From an uncultured Peptococcaceae bacterium (GTDB lineage: Bacteria; Bacillota; Dehalobacteriia; UBA4068; UBA4997), in assembly GCA_965149945.1 (NCBI GenBank), contig CBCTTQ010000001.1, positions 126,860 through 190,859 on the forward strand: a stretch of DNA of 64,000 bases, in the 5' to 3' direction. The notes under the pieces were generated by a model that did no database searches, was not told the origin of the DNA, and was given only the letters and a program-made list of their open reading frames with translations. A program made the position numbers and the translations under genes. Shown here piece after piece: positions 19,439-28,680 of this stretch. The stretch's first letter is position 1. Every line of letters begins with the position of its first letter.

Positions 19439-20335
19439 TCATGCGGAAGGAGAGTCAAGAGTTTTTGTGAAAATTTTGGAACTATTTTCATCCTTTTGGA
19501 ATGTGACCGGTACCTGCAGGCGGAGAAACATCCTGCGGGGGTCGTTATCAAACACATTAAAGCCTGTTACAACCTCGCAAATATAATCCCCCGCTATTTG
19601 ATAGTTCATATTTTCGCAATGATCCCGCAGCAGCCGCGCGCAGCGTATTTCATCATCATAATTATCTAAGTAGATACAGGCGTACATGCCGCTGTCGATT
19701 ACCTGCAGAGCGGAAAGATCTCCCTGATCGCGGTCGCTGGTAAAAATGAAAATCTGATCCGCCACAAAGCGGTCTTCCAGAAAATCTTTTTGCAGAATGG
19801 AAGTCCCGATGTTGTAGGAATGGATTTGCTGAAATCCTTTTTCTTCCAGTTTTGCCCGCAGTTGGCGCAGGCTTTGCTCGTAGCTGTGGATATCGTCCTG
19901 ATAAAAATTGTAAGAGCAGGGAATTCCCCAAGAAAAACGTCGATCGATGTATTCTAAAGAAAGAGTGCCTGTAGCGGGAGATTTACGGTATCGTTCAATC
20001 GACATGATGGACCGTTCCACCGCGTCATGCTGGGCTTTGAGCTGGCGCATTTGCAGGTGGATTTGCTCGTTTTTTTGTGAGAGAAGCTCTTCAATGAGGG
20101 AAATATCTTCCTTTTGCAGCACCTGAGAGATTTGGGACAGGCTCATGCCCAGTTCTTTCATATAGGCGATCATGTCTAATCGGGCGTTTTGATTGATATC
20201 GTAGTAGCGATAACCTGTCTTGGGATCGACATAGCGTGGTTTAAGCAGCCCCTTTTCATCATAAAGGCGCAAAGTAGGGATGGAAATCCGATTCATCGCG
20301 GCCATTTTACCGATAGGAATTAAATTATCTTTCAT
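19439..20335 (-). CDS. MerR-family transcriptional regulator with C-terminal GyrI-like/effector-binding domain (BmrR-like)
   Basis: The N-terminus IGKMAAMNRISIPTLRLYDEKGLL is a MerR HTH, followed by a coiled coil and a ~150-aa effector domain. An RBS GGAGGG lies upstream. Confidence 0.75.
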   Translation of the reverse strand: MKDNLIPIGKMAAMNRISIPTLRLYDEKGLLKPRYVDPKTGYRYYDINQNARLDMIAYMKELGMSLSQISQVLQKEDISLIEELLSQKNEQIHLQMRQLKAQHDAVERSIMSIERYRKSPATGTLSLEYIDRRFSWGIPCSYNFYQDDIHSYEQSLRQLRAKLEEKGFQQIHSYNIGTSILQKDFLEDRFVADQIFIFTSDRDQGDLSALQVIDSGMYACIYLDNYDDEIRCARLLRDHCENMNYQIAGDYICEVVTGFNVFDNDPRRMFLRLQVPVTFQKDENSSKIFTKTLDSPSA

Positions 20336-20956
20336 GAAAATCCCTCCAAAACTCTAATCTTAATTAAGAGTTTACGACTGTTTTGGATGAATTGCAAGGG
20401 CCTTTGTTCATTTTGATGAAAAAAGATTCGCTTTACTTGAGAAATAACGGATTAGGTAAGAGTGCCGCGGGAAGATTTGTCGCTCGTCTGTCTCATAGCG
20501 GCGGGGAAGACGTACTTTTCGTAATAATTTTACAGAACTGTTTGTTTCTATACTTCTATAATAAAGAGAGAAAGAGATGTACAGCGGAAATTTTCGGAAA
20601 GAGAAAACGGTATCGATCGGGAGCGGCGTTATCGGTTTCGTTATAAAGAAAGGAAGCGGCGACGATTGGCTCTCTGATTGCCAAGTCTTTAAGGCGGCGT
20701 TTTTGATTGCGGTTCGGCAGCCCCTTGGCAAAGGAGGTACTTTTTTGAATCCCGAAGGGATTCTTTGCCGCGGGTAAGGGATGGGTTGGCGGTTTTAGTG
20801 AGGCGTTTTCGAAAAGAAGAAAAGAAGAGAAATGTCACTGATAAGGAAAATGCCTGCTATCGGCATTGGTTGTGGGGAATGAAGGAAAATACGAAAAGAA
20901 AATTGTTAGAATTTTCAGAGTATACAGAATACATGCGATTTTAGCGCTTTAAAGTG

Positions 20957-20985
20957 TTGACATTGGCGAAAAAATCGTTTATAAT
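20957..20985 (+). promoter_or_regulatory. sigma-A promoter (TTGACA-17-TATAAT) with a TTTAAAGT upstream element
   Basis: Perfect consensus hexamers at 20957 and 20980. It drives the homopurine, Lys-rich unit. Confidence 0.65.
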
Positions 20986-21197
20986 GAACTCACAAAACAA
21001 AAACAAATCAAACAAAAAAGGAAACAATAGTCGGGCAGGTGAAAACATCAAAATTCTTCGCGAAAGCGAATGACGGCAAAGATGAAAAATCTGCGAAAGC
21101 AAAATTGCTCCACGGGGAGCAATTCCACAGAACCCTGAACCGAAAGAGAATCCGCTGAAGAAGTCAAAAGACTAAAACAATTCCAAAAGGGATCAAA

Positions 21198-21836
21198 TTG
21201 AAAAAAGTCTTTTCGATGAATTCCAAAAAAGTTTTCAAAAGAAAGAAAATATCGAAGAGTACTCCTTCGGACCAAGCTTCAAAAGAGCGTAAGCCGAAAG
21301 AGATGGCTTCAAAAAAATCTTTCAAAAAAATTCTTCCGAAAGATTTCTCAAAAGAAGTAATTCAAAAAAAGTTTCCGAAGAAACCCTTTCCTGAAAATTA
21401 CTTTGAAAATGTTCGAAAAGGAAAAAGAAATTACGAAAGAAAAACCTCAAAAGAAGAGGAATTTTCAAAAGTAATCTTCCAAACCGGAAAAACTCAAAAA
21501 GCGCCTCAAAAGATGAGGAAAGGCAGACTTGAGAAAGGTAAAAAACATGTTGAAAACGCGCAAAGAGCGCGGAAACAACATCTTTCAAACCTAAAAAATT
21601 TCAAAAGAACAAAAATCAAAGAAAAACACGAAGTATCCGTAAGAAACTGCGATTTCCAAAATTCAAAAAGAGGAAATTCCCAAAAAGAGAAAAACTTAGC
21701 AATAAGAAAATCTTCAAAGAGCAATGCTCAAACAGAAGAAAACTTAGCAATAAGAAAAACTCAAAAGAGGAAATTCCCGAAAAGAATCGAAAAAGCAGAA
21801 AACAAAAAGGGAAACCAAACAAAAACAGGAAAATAA
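21198..21836 (+). CDS. lysine-rich, highly basic low-complexity protein (hypothetical; possible nucleic-acid-binding IDP), TTG start
   Basis: A 212-codon stop-free frame lies inside a tract of roughly 50% A. By chance a stop would occur about once every 15 codons. All T residues fall in TTC or TTT (Phe) or Ser codons. A weak RBS AAAGGGA precedes the TTG. Confidence 0.45.
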   Translation: MKKVFSMNSKKVFKRKKISKSTPSDQASKERKPKEMASKKSFKKILPKDFSKEVIQKKFPKKPFPENYFENVRKGKRNYERKTSKEEEFSKVIFQTGKTQKAPQKMRKGRLEKGKKHVENAQRARKQHLSNLKNFKRTKIKEKHEVSVRNCDFQNSKRGNSQKEKNLAIRKSSKSNAQTEENLAIRKTQKRKFPKRIEKAENKKGNQTKTGK

Positions 21837-21860
21837 CAGGTAATTTCTCAAGAAACAAAT

Positions 21861-22046
21861 TTGAAAAAACTTCTTTCAAGCGAATCAAAAGAGAACGAAA
21901 ACAATTGGAAAATCATCAAAGAAAAAAGTAAAAGCGAAAACCCAGAAAAGAGAATTGCTGAACCGAAGCGGAAACAGGAGGTATATTTTCAAAAGAAAGA
22001 ACAATCAAAAGTTCCTTCAAAAAAAAAGAAACAAAAAAGAAAATAA
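21861..22046 (+). CDS. second Lys-rich ORF in the same frame as 21198..21836, separated by a single TAA (possible readthrough or nonsense-split gene)
   Basis: Same frame ((21861-21198) is divisible by 3). It begins again with TTGAAAAAA and has the same composition. Confidence 0.3.
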   Translation: MKKLLSSESKENENNWKIIKEKSKSENPEKRIAEPKRKQEVYFQKKEQSKVPSKKKKQKRK

Positions 22047-22130
22047 CCTCAAAAATTGAAAACAAAAAGGAGTGAATCAAACTGCTTAGTCCAATCGTAA
22101 CCAAACACCTGCCCGAATTATATAACTAAA

Positions 22131-22164
22131 ATGCTCTCGATGTTGATCGGGAGCATTTTTTTTA
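22131..22164 (+). terminator. Rho-independent terminator closing the homopurine transcription unit
   Basis: gctctcga-tgttga-tcgggagc is followed by ATTTTTTTT. Confidence 0.75.
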
Positions 22165-22482
22165 TCTGAATAGATGATGGATCGAAGGATAGACGTTTTG
22201 TCCGACAGTGGGCGAAGTTTTCGTTTTTGTCTATGTCGAATTCGGCGGCGGATGGTCAAAAAGAGCGGGGAAAGAAACGAGGGGGCAACGAAACCGTGAA
22301 TATGATCGATTGTCGCGAGCAAAAGGAAAAGAGATCGAAAGGGTTCTTGTCGTTGTTTTTGATTCTCTTGACGAAAAATTTTTCAAAAAGCGGATCTCCG
22401 GCAAAAGGAGAACCAGGAAAAATGGAATGCGGACAAGAAAATCAGAGAAAAATAAGGGTAGATGTTACATGCGGAAATTTTT

Positions 22483-22511
22483 TTGAAACAGCGCCGCGTT
22501 TGTAGTATAAT
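22483..22511 (+). promoter_or_regulatory. sigma-A promoter (TTGAAA-17-TATAAT) for the THUMP methyltransferase gene
   Basis: Hexamers lie at 22483 and 22506. The 5' UTR carries a hairpin, gggcagc-tttc-gctgccc (22531-22548), between an SD-like AAAGGGG and the ATG. Confidence 0.5.
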
Positions 22512-22567
22512 CAAGGAGGAATAGAACAAAGAAAGGGGCGGGCAGCTTTCGCTGCCCAACAGAATCG

Positions 22568-23731
22568 ATGACAAATTTTCAATTGACGGCGCCCTGTCAT
22601 TTCGGGGTGGAAGCGGTTTTGGCCAGAGAAATCCGCGATTTGGGATTGGAAGTCACTTCCACTGTGGACGGTAGGGTGAATTTTATCGGCGATGAAGTGG
22701 GGCTTTGTCGTGCCAATCTTTGGCTTAGGACGGCGGAGCGTGTGCTGATAGAGGCGGCGTGTTTTCCGGCGCGAACGTTCGAGGAGTTGTTTCAGGGAGT
22801 GCGGTCGGTTCCCTGGGAGATGTATCTGCCTGTTGACGCGGAATTTCCCGTGGCTCGGGTCAGTTCTCTCAGATCTAAGCTGTTCAGTACTCGCGACATT
22901 CAAAAGATTACCAAAAAAGCCATGGTGGAACGGTTAAAAAGCGCTTATCGTCAGCAGTGGTTTGAGGAAACGGGCAGCCGTTATCCCCTTTGGGTGCAAA
23001 TCAGCAAAGATCAAGTCCATCTTTATTTGGAAACTTCCGGCGCCGGTTTGCACAAGCGAGGTTATCGCCAGAACAAAAATCTGGCGCCGCTGCGGGAGAC
23101 ACTGGCAGCCGCGCTGGTCAGCTTGATTCCTTGGCATACAGACCGTATTTTGGTGGATCCTCTTTGCGGTTCTGGCACCATTCTGATCGAGGCTGCCTTG
23201 ATGGGAATCAACAAGGCCCCCGGTCTGGAACGGAGATTTTTAGCAGAAAGTTGGGATTTTTTACCGTCCGACGCTTGGAAAATCGCGAGGGAAGAAGGCG
23301 CCGATTTGCTCAAAAAAGACGAGGTCTTTCGGCTGCAGGGCTATGATATTGACGATCATGTCATTCGTTACGCGCGGGAAAACGCCCGCTTGGCGGGGGT
23401 GGCGGATTATCTTCATTTGCAGCGCGCTGATGTGCGGAATTTTCGCCATAGCGGCAAATATGGGTTCATTCTCTGCAATCCGCCCTATGGGGAGCGATTG
23501 GAAGATCGGGAAAGTGTCACGGCGCTCTATCAGGATATGCGAAAGGTCTTTGATTGTTTAGATACCTGGTCATACAGCATCTTGACAGCCTTTCGCGGTT
23601 TTGAGGAAGTTTGGGGTAAGCCGGCGGATCGTCGCCGTAAACTCTATAACGGTAGGTTGAAGAGTACGCTATATCAATATATGGGACCGAAGCCGCCTCG
23701 CCGTCATGATTTATCTCTTCGGGAAAAGTGA
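22568..23731 (+). CDS. THUMP-domain class-I SAM-dependent RNA methyltransferase (RlmL/YpsC-like)
   Basis: An N-terminal THUMP-like region is followed by a Rossmann MTase with DPLCGSGT (motif I) and NPPYG (motif IV, N6-adenine/N2-guanine type). Confidence 0.8.
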   Translation: MTNFQLTAPCHFGVEAVLAREIRDLGLEVTSTVDGRVNFIGDEVGLCRANLWLRTAERVLIEAACFPARTFEELFQGVRSVPWEMYLPVDAEFPVARVSSLRSKLFSTRDIQKITKKAMVERLKSAYRQQWFEETGSRYPLWVQISKDQVHLYLETSGAGLHKRGYRQNKNLAPLRETLAAALVSLIPWHTDRILVDPLCGSGTILIEAALMGINKAPGLERRFLAESWDFLPSDAWKIAREEGADLLKKDEVFRLQGYDIDDHVIRYARENARLAGVADYLHLQRADVRNFRHSGKYGFILCNPPYGERLEDRESVTALYQDMRKVFDCLDTWSYSILTAFRGFEEVWGKPADRRRKLYNGRLKSTLYQYMGPKPPRRHDLSLREK

Positions 23732-23803
23732 TAAATATATCGCGGACGGCGGTGATGGGCATTGCTTGCCGTTGAAAATCGCGCTTTGCGGAGGGGGTGT
23801 TTT

Positions 23804-24448
23804 ATGGGATTGCTCAAAAAATATTTCAATAATACGCGAAGACCCGAGGGATTGTTGGGAAAAATTCTTTTGCGCGACATGAACAAGGCGCACGCCGCCG
23901 TGTCGGATTGGGGGCTTTCCCAACTGACGGGGTTGAAACCCGCCGCTATCGCGGATTTGGGCTGCGGCGGCGGGCGCAATGTCGCCCGCTTGCTGGAACT
24001 GTTTCCTTCTGCCGTTGTGACAGCGGTGGATTATGCGGAGGTGTCTGTGGCAAAAACCATCCGCTTCAACCGACGGGAAATCTTACAGGGCAGATGCCAA
24101 GTGCTGCGGGGGGATGTTTCTTCTCTGCCTTTGGAGGAAGGCGTTTTGGATCTGGTGACAGCTTTTGAAACGGTATATTTTTGGCCCGGTCCTGTTACAA
24201 GCTTTCGGGAAGTGTGCCGCGTCTTGAAGCCGGAAGGTTTGTTTCTCATTGTCAATGATTCGGACGGCAGCCGCCCTGATGATCGAAAATGGTGCAAGCT
24301 TATTGACGGGATGCGGATCTATGACAGCGGGCAATTGACCGCGTATTTAAAAGAAGCGGGTTTTGGTGAGGTCATCATGAATCATGATGCCGCTCGGCAT
24401 CGCCTGTGTCTGTTGGCAAAAAAGGAAAAGACTTCGTTTTATGAATAG
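23804..24448 (+). CDS. class-I SAM-dependent methyltransferase (Methyltransf_11/25-like)
   Basis: DLGCGGGRNVARLLE is motif I, and the protein is ~215 aa. An RBS GGAGGGGG lies upstream of ATG 23804. Confidence 0.75.
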   Translation: MGLLKKYFNNTRRPEGLLGKILLRDMNKAHAAVSDWGLSQLTGLKPAAIADLGCGGGRNVARLLELFPSAVVTAVDYAEVSVAKTIRFNRREILQGRCQVLRGDVSSLPLEEGVLDLVTAFETVYFWPGPVTSFREVCRVLKPEGLFLIVNDSDGSRPDDRKWCKLIDGMRIYDSGQLTAYLKEAGFGEVIMNHDAARHRLCLLAKKEKTSFYE

Positions 24449-24689
24449 GGTTTGCGAAGTTTTATCCCAAAAACCGGAAGTTTTCCTGTTTTGTCGGTAC
24501 TGCGGGGCGGTTTTTATCATGTTGAGGGGTCTTTCTGTCGAGTGAAAGGTGTGGGCGATGTTTGTGGATCCCCTCCTTTTGAAATCATTTTTTCGGCGAG
24601 AGTTGTTGTGTTTTGGTAAACGGAGGAAAAGTCCGCGAAACGGAAAGGAAAAAACAACAAGGAAACACGTCGAGAAAAGAACAAAAGAA

Positions 24690-24728
24690 TAAAAAAAAGA
24701 GAACGAAATTTCTTCGTTCTCTTTTGAA
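24690..24728. terminator. bidirectional Rho-independent terminator
   Basis: agagaacgaa-atttc-ttcgttctct is flanked by an A run and a T run. Confidence 0.75.
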
Positions 24729-24848
24729 TTGCGCAGGTTGCGTTGGGTGACGGTTCTGTTAACATGTTCCCGAGGCGGCAAGCCGTGACGAGATTTTTTT
24801 GCTTGACCGTTTACCCGTATGCGCTGAAACCTGTTACGGTTTGTGTCG

Positions 24849-25550
24849 CTAGAACGGTTGCGATTTGTAAGGGTTGCCCTTTGGGCGTTTGGCTTTGGGA
24901 GGTCCCAGAATTTCCGACCAGATAATCGCCTGTTGCAGTGGTGTCAATTTTTGTTGCTGCAACTGTCGGGCAATTTGGTCGTAGCCACTCGTTTTTTCCT
25001 GATAAACGGTTTGAATCGGTGTCGCCACCACTGTTTTTTCCGGGGGCTGACGATGGGTTTCCGCCATTTCCACCGGAATCGCCAGGACGGGGTCTGCCGT
25101 TGCTTTTCCGATTTTCTTAGGACGGCGAGGCGCTCCTTCTCGGGAACCACGGCCTTCGGTATAGCCTCGACCTTCTCGGGAACCACGGCCTTCGGTATAG
25201 CCTCGACCCTCGGTGGATCCTCGACCCTCTTTCAGAGAGCCGACCCCTTCCGGTAAAGACTCGTCGATGATATCTTTAAGCTGTTCGGCTTTTTGGCGAG
25301 CATTGTCGTATTTGCGCCGAAAATCGTCCAACGTCATCCCCTGTTCTTTGGGGGATTCCGCGTAAGGATGCCCGGAAGCGGGACGCCGCGGCGGTTGCTC
25401 GGGAGCGTTTCGGCGCCCATCGGCCATTTTGGCGCGGGCTTCACGGGCTTTTCGCGCCTGTTTTGCTTCTTTTTTTTGTTTCTTTTTGCGGCTTTCCATC
25501 AGCCCCGTCCCAATGATCAAGGCTGCCACGATAATGCTTAACCAATCCAT
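24849..25550 (-). CDS. membrane-anchored repetitive low-complexity protein (last gene of the nfeD-floA operon; YqfB-position analog)
   Basis: An N-terminal TM segment (MDWLSIIVAALIIGTGL) is followed by a basic stretch and tandem repeats (EGRGYTEGRGSR)x2. An RBS AAAGGAGGTG lies upstream. Confidence 0.6.
   Translation of the reverse strand: MDWLSIIVAALIIGTGLMESRKKKQKKEAKQARKAREARAKMADGRRNAPEQPPRRPASGHPYAESPKEQGMTLDDFRRKYDNARQKAEQLKDIIDESLPEGVGSLKEGRGSTEGRGYTEGRGSREGRGYTEGRGSREGAPRRPKKIGKATADPVLAIPVEMAETHRQPPEKTVVATPIQTVYQEKTSGYDQIARQLQQQKLTPLQQAIIWSEILGPPKAKRPKGNPYKSQPF
25135..25206. repeat. perfect 2 x 36-bp tandem repeat (plus a degenerate third copy) inside CDS 24849..25550
   Basis: ccttctcgggaaccacggccttcggtatagcctcga occurs twice. 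Confidence 0.85.
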
Positions 25551-25596
25551 GACGCCACCTCCTTTGCTGTTTGATAAACTTCATGAACGGAGGGTC

Positions 25597-26655
25597 TTAT
25601 TGGTCGGATTGATTTTTGTTTTTGGGCATTTTATGCTGGGTTTGTTCCGTTTCCCCTTTGGCGATGCCTTCCCGCATATCGGTATCGGCTTGAATATTTT
25701 TCATGTTATAATAATCCATTACACCCAAATTGCCGTTACGGAAGGCGTCAGCCATTGCCAGCGGTACTTCTGCTTCCGCTTCGACTACTTTGGCGCGCAT
25801 TTCTTGGATTTTAGCGATCATTTCCTGTTCGGAAGCCACCGCCATGGCACGGCGTTCTTCCGCTTTGGCTTGAGCAATCTGCTTGTCGGCTTCTGCCTGG
25901 TCGGTTTGAAGTTGGGCGCCGATGTTTCTGCCTACGTCTACATCGGCGATATCGATGGAAAGGATTTCAAAGGCAGTCCCCGTATCCAAACCTTTTGAGA
26001 GGACGGTTTGAGAAATGCGGTCGGGATTTTCCAGCACTTCTTTGTGGCTGACGCTGGAGCCGACAGTGGTGACAATCCCTTCGCCGACGCGGGCGATGAT
26101 GGTTTCTTCGCCGGCGCCGCCTACCAGACGGTCAATGTTGGCACGGACAGTTACCCGCGCTTTGGATTTAACTTCGATGCCGTCTTTGGCAACGGCAGCT
26201 ACCATGGGGGTTTCGATGACTTTGGGGTTGACGCTCATTTGAACGGCTTCCAGCACATTTCGTCCTGCCAGGTCGATGGCGGCGGCTCGTTCAAAGGGCA
26301 GATTGATGTTAGCTCGTTCCGACGCGATTAGCGCGTTGACGACGCGGTCGACATTGCCGCCCGCCAGATAATGGGCTTCCAACTGACTGACTTTTACGTC
26401 CAGACCGGCTTTCTCAGCTTTGATTAACGGATTGACAATTTTGGCGGGAGAAACACGACGCAGCCGCATCCCGATCAGGTCGATGATGCCGACTTTGGCG
26501 CCGGCGGCCAGAGCGCTGATCCATAGCCCGATAGGAACAAAAAAGAGAATCAGCACGATGAGAACAATGATCACGGCGATCAGAATCCAGGTTGACAATA
26601 AAAACACCCCTTTTCGATAAGTTTTGATGCAGCGAGCGGGCGATGCATCCATGTT
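25597..26655 (-). CDS. floA: flotillin-like protein FloA (SPFH domain, YqfA)
   Basis: Near-colinear identity to recalled B. subtilis FloA ([46 protein letters not shown]). The start is set at the first Met before the TM helix. The ORF-track start at 26703 is an alternative. Confidence 0.85.
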   Translation of the reverse strand, partial: NMDASPARCIKTYRKGVFLLSTWILIAVIIVLIVLILFFVPIGLWISALAAGAKVGIIDLIGMRLRRVSPAKIVNPLIKAEKAGLDVKVSQLEAHYLAGGNVDRVVNALIASERANINLPFERAAAIDLAGRNVLEAVQMSVNPKVIETPMVAAVAKDGIEVKSKARVTVRANIDRLVGGAGEETIIARVGEGIVTTVGSSVSHKEVLENPDRISQTVLSKGLDTGTAFEILSIDIADVDVGRNIGAQLQTDQAEADKQIAQAKAEERRAMAVASEQEMIAKIQEMRAKVVEAEAEVPLAMADAFRNGNLGVMDYYNMKNIQADTDMREGIAKGETEQTQHKMPKNKNQSDQ

Positions 26656-26932
26656 TGCTGTTTTTTCAGAGTTTTTTGATTGGTTTCGGTTTATGAAATG
26701 CAATCGGTTTGACTGCTTGCCGAACAGTAGCAGCGGCGGTGTGCCGCTTTGTCAATGGGAACGCCGTTATTTTCGGCGTGTATCTTTTTTATTTTACGCG
26801 ATGAAAAAAAATCCATACGGTTTTAAAAGGTTGGTTTTTCTCTGTGTTGAGGAACAATCGCTTCTTTCTGATATCCGCGTGCCGTTATGCTGCCGATGAA
26901 TGATTTTCCGCGGCATTTTTGAAATCTTGGCG

Positions 26933-28309
26933 TCAGATCTTTCGGACAATGACACTGCTGCCGTCCACTTTGATCACTTTGACACGGTCTCCGGCGTTAA
27001 TGAAGTCGCCTTCGGTGACTACGTCTACCCGCTCAGCGCCGATTTTTACAGCGCCGGCAGGTCGCAGGGAAGTCAATGCCACCCCTTCTTTATCCAGGTA
27101 ATTATGGATATTGATAGGCTGGCTCAAATAGCCTTCTTCTGTGGTTGTGGCGTCTCGCAGTACCAGTCGCTGAAAGATGTTGCGATTTTCGCCGTTTTTT
27201 TCTTTTTCTGTTTCTTTGCGTTTGTTTGCCATAATCAGTATCACCACCACGAATAAAACAAGTAAAATTTGAATCAATGCCAGCGCCAGATTCGGCGCGA
27301 TGAGCAAAATTACCAAAACCAGGAACAGTACGCCCAGAATCCCCAAGACCCCGTTGCTGTCCGGAATCAGCGCTTCCAGCACCAAGAGTATCAGCGATCC
27401 CGCCAGCAGCAGTCCGGGATAGATCCCCGTCGCGCCTACCTGGTAGTTGTTGAAAAAATAAAAGAAAAGAAAGATGACGCTGAGGACGCCTGCCAAACGG
27501 TATCCGGCGCCGAACAATGCCAATGCCAGCAACCCTGTACCCAGTACCAACAGCAATGTGGAAAAAACGGGAGAAGAAAAATTGTCATAATAAATCTCAG
27601 GGATACTTTTTTCTTCTTCGATGATGACGCTGTTTTCCAATCCATAATCCGTCAACAGCATCTGGATAGAAGTGGATTCTCTGTCCGCGATGTTTGTCTG
27701 CAGCGCCGTGTTGGCGGAGATGGTCAGCCAGCTGAGGTCTCCGGCTGTGCTGATGATGGCGCTTGAAGCCGCTGTTGTTTGCGATGTTCTGCCTGTTTGC
27801 AATAAAATTTCGGAAAACAGGCTTTGCCATTTCTGCTGCTCTTCTTCCGAGAGAGTGTTGAAACGATGGAATTGGGGATCGGCGCCCAAATTGGCGCCGG
27901 GAGACACTACTACATCGTCACAGGAAAGCGCCGCCAACACGGCCCCGTCATAAGCGCGGTCGTTGATATAACAAACGGTATAAAGGGGGGTGTTTGTTAA
28001 CATATTGGCGACTTCTTCCACAAACGGACTGTATGTGGCGGAAGCGTTCATTTCCAACAGAACATAATCCGCGCGGTCATGTTCTGCTTCTTCCAAACCG
28101 CGTTGGATGTAACTGACCATAGTTTTGGAAAAATCCTCTTTGATGGTGAGGAAGTAGACAATTTTTCCTTCTTCTGTTTGGCTGTTGTTTTCTGTTTGGT
28201 CATTTTCCGTCGCCGCGGCTTTTGCCGTAGGCAACAAGCAGCAGAACAACGCCCCCAACAACAACAGACAAAACAATCTGCGGAAACAGCCTGTCTGGAA
28301 GCTGTTCAC
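26933..28309 (-). CDS. nfeD: NfeD-family membrane protein (ClpP-like serine protease domain plus C-terminal OB-fold), GTG start
   Basis: A signal peptide, a protease-like domain, multiple TM segments and a C-terminal OB fold (GDRVKVIKVDGSSVIVRKI). An RBS GAGGTG lies 5 nt before the GTG. Confidence 0.8.
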   Translation of the reverse strand: MNSFQTGCFRRLFCLLLLGALFCCLLPTAKAAATENDQTENNSQTEEGKIVYFLTIKEDFSKTMVSYIQRGLEEAEHDRADYVLLEMNASATYSPFVEEVANMLTNTPLYTVCYINDRAYDGAVLAALSCDDVVVSPGANLGADPQFHRFNTLSEEEQQKWQSLFSEILLQTGRTSQTTAASSAIISTAGDLSWLTISANTALQTNIADRESTSIQMLLTDYGLENSVIIEEEKSIPEIYYDNFSSPVFSTLLLVLGTGLLALALFGAGYRLAGVLSVIFLFFYFFNNYQVGATGIYPGLLLAGSLILLVLEALIPDSNGVLGILGVLFLVLVILLIAPNLALALIQILLVLFVVVILIMANKRKETEKEKNGENRNIFQRLVLRDATTTEEGYLSQPINIHNYLDKEGVALTSLRPAGAVKIGAERVDVVTEGDFINAGDRVKVIKVDGSSVIVRKI

Positions 28310-28337
28310 ATCATCACCTCTTTTGCGGAGAAAGGGG

Positions 28338-28571
28338 TTACTGCTCCAATAGACTGCTGAGCCAAAGGAGGATAATGGCGATGATGGCGATAGGGTAGAG
28401 TACTTTTCGCAGGCGCATTTTGCGTGCTTCTTTTTCTGCTTTGGCGCTGATTCCGGACGGGATTTGTTCCTTTTGGATATCGTCTCGCGTGTCGTTGCTT
28501 TCGGCGCCGGAATTGTTTTCCGCCCTGTCTTCGGGCAGCGGCAGATCGTGTCGGTCTTTCTCCATCATCAT
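28338..28571 (-). CDS. small membrane protein (77 aa, C-terminal TM segment), first gene of the nfeD operon
   Basis: An acidic N-terminus precedes a hydrophobic tail (VLYPIAIIAIILLWLSSLL). A weak RBS is present. It lies directly upstream of nfeD. Confidence 0.4.
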   Translation of the reverse strand: MMMEKDRHDLPLPEDRAENNSGAESNDTRDDIQKEQIPSGISAKAEKEARKMRLRKVLYPIAIIAIILLWLSSLLEQ

Positions 28572-28595
28572 ATTGATTCCCCGTTTCTCTATTCA

Positions 28596-28625
28596 GATTA
28601 TAACATAATCAGGGATTTCCTGACA
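28596..28625 (-). promoter_or_regulatory. sigma-A promoter (TTGTCA-17/18-TATAAT, minus strand) for the nfeD-floA operon
   Basis: The reverse complement reads ttgtca-ggaaatccctgattatg-ttataat. Confidence 0.5.
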
Positions 28626-28636
28626 ACAAAATGGAA

Positions 28637-28665
28637 GAAAAACGCACCCTATTCGGTGCGTTTTT
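28637..28665. terminator. bidirectional Rho-independent terminator downstream of the response-regulator gene
   Basis: aaaaacgcacc-ctattc-ggtgcgttttt. Confidence 0.8.
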
Positions 28666-28680
28666 AGTCTTTGTCAAAGA

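Noticed and set aside
20577-20777. 66-aa ORF in the 600-bp gap between the MerR gene and the homopurine unit
   Set aside because: A weak AG-rich RBS and no promoter with proper spacing. The region has scattered hairpins, and the ORF is probably a non-coding spacer.
22208-22505. Two overlapping ~92-aa Arg/Lys-rich ORFs between the homopurine terminator and the THUMP methyltransferase gene
   Set aside because: Purine-rich composition again, but the frames are short and overlapping, with no RBS and no promoter. Treated as 5' region of the methyltransferase gene.
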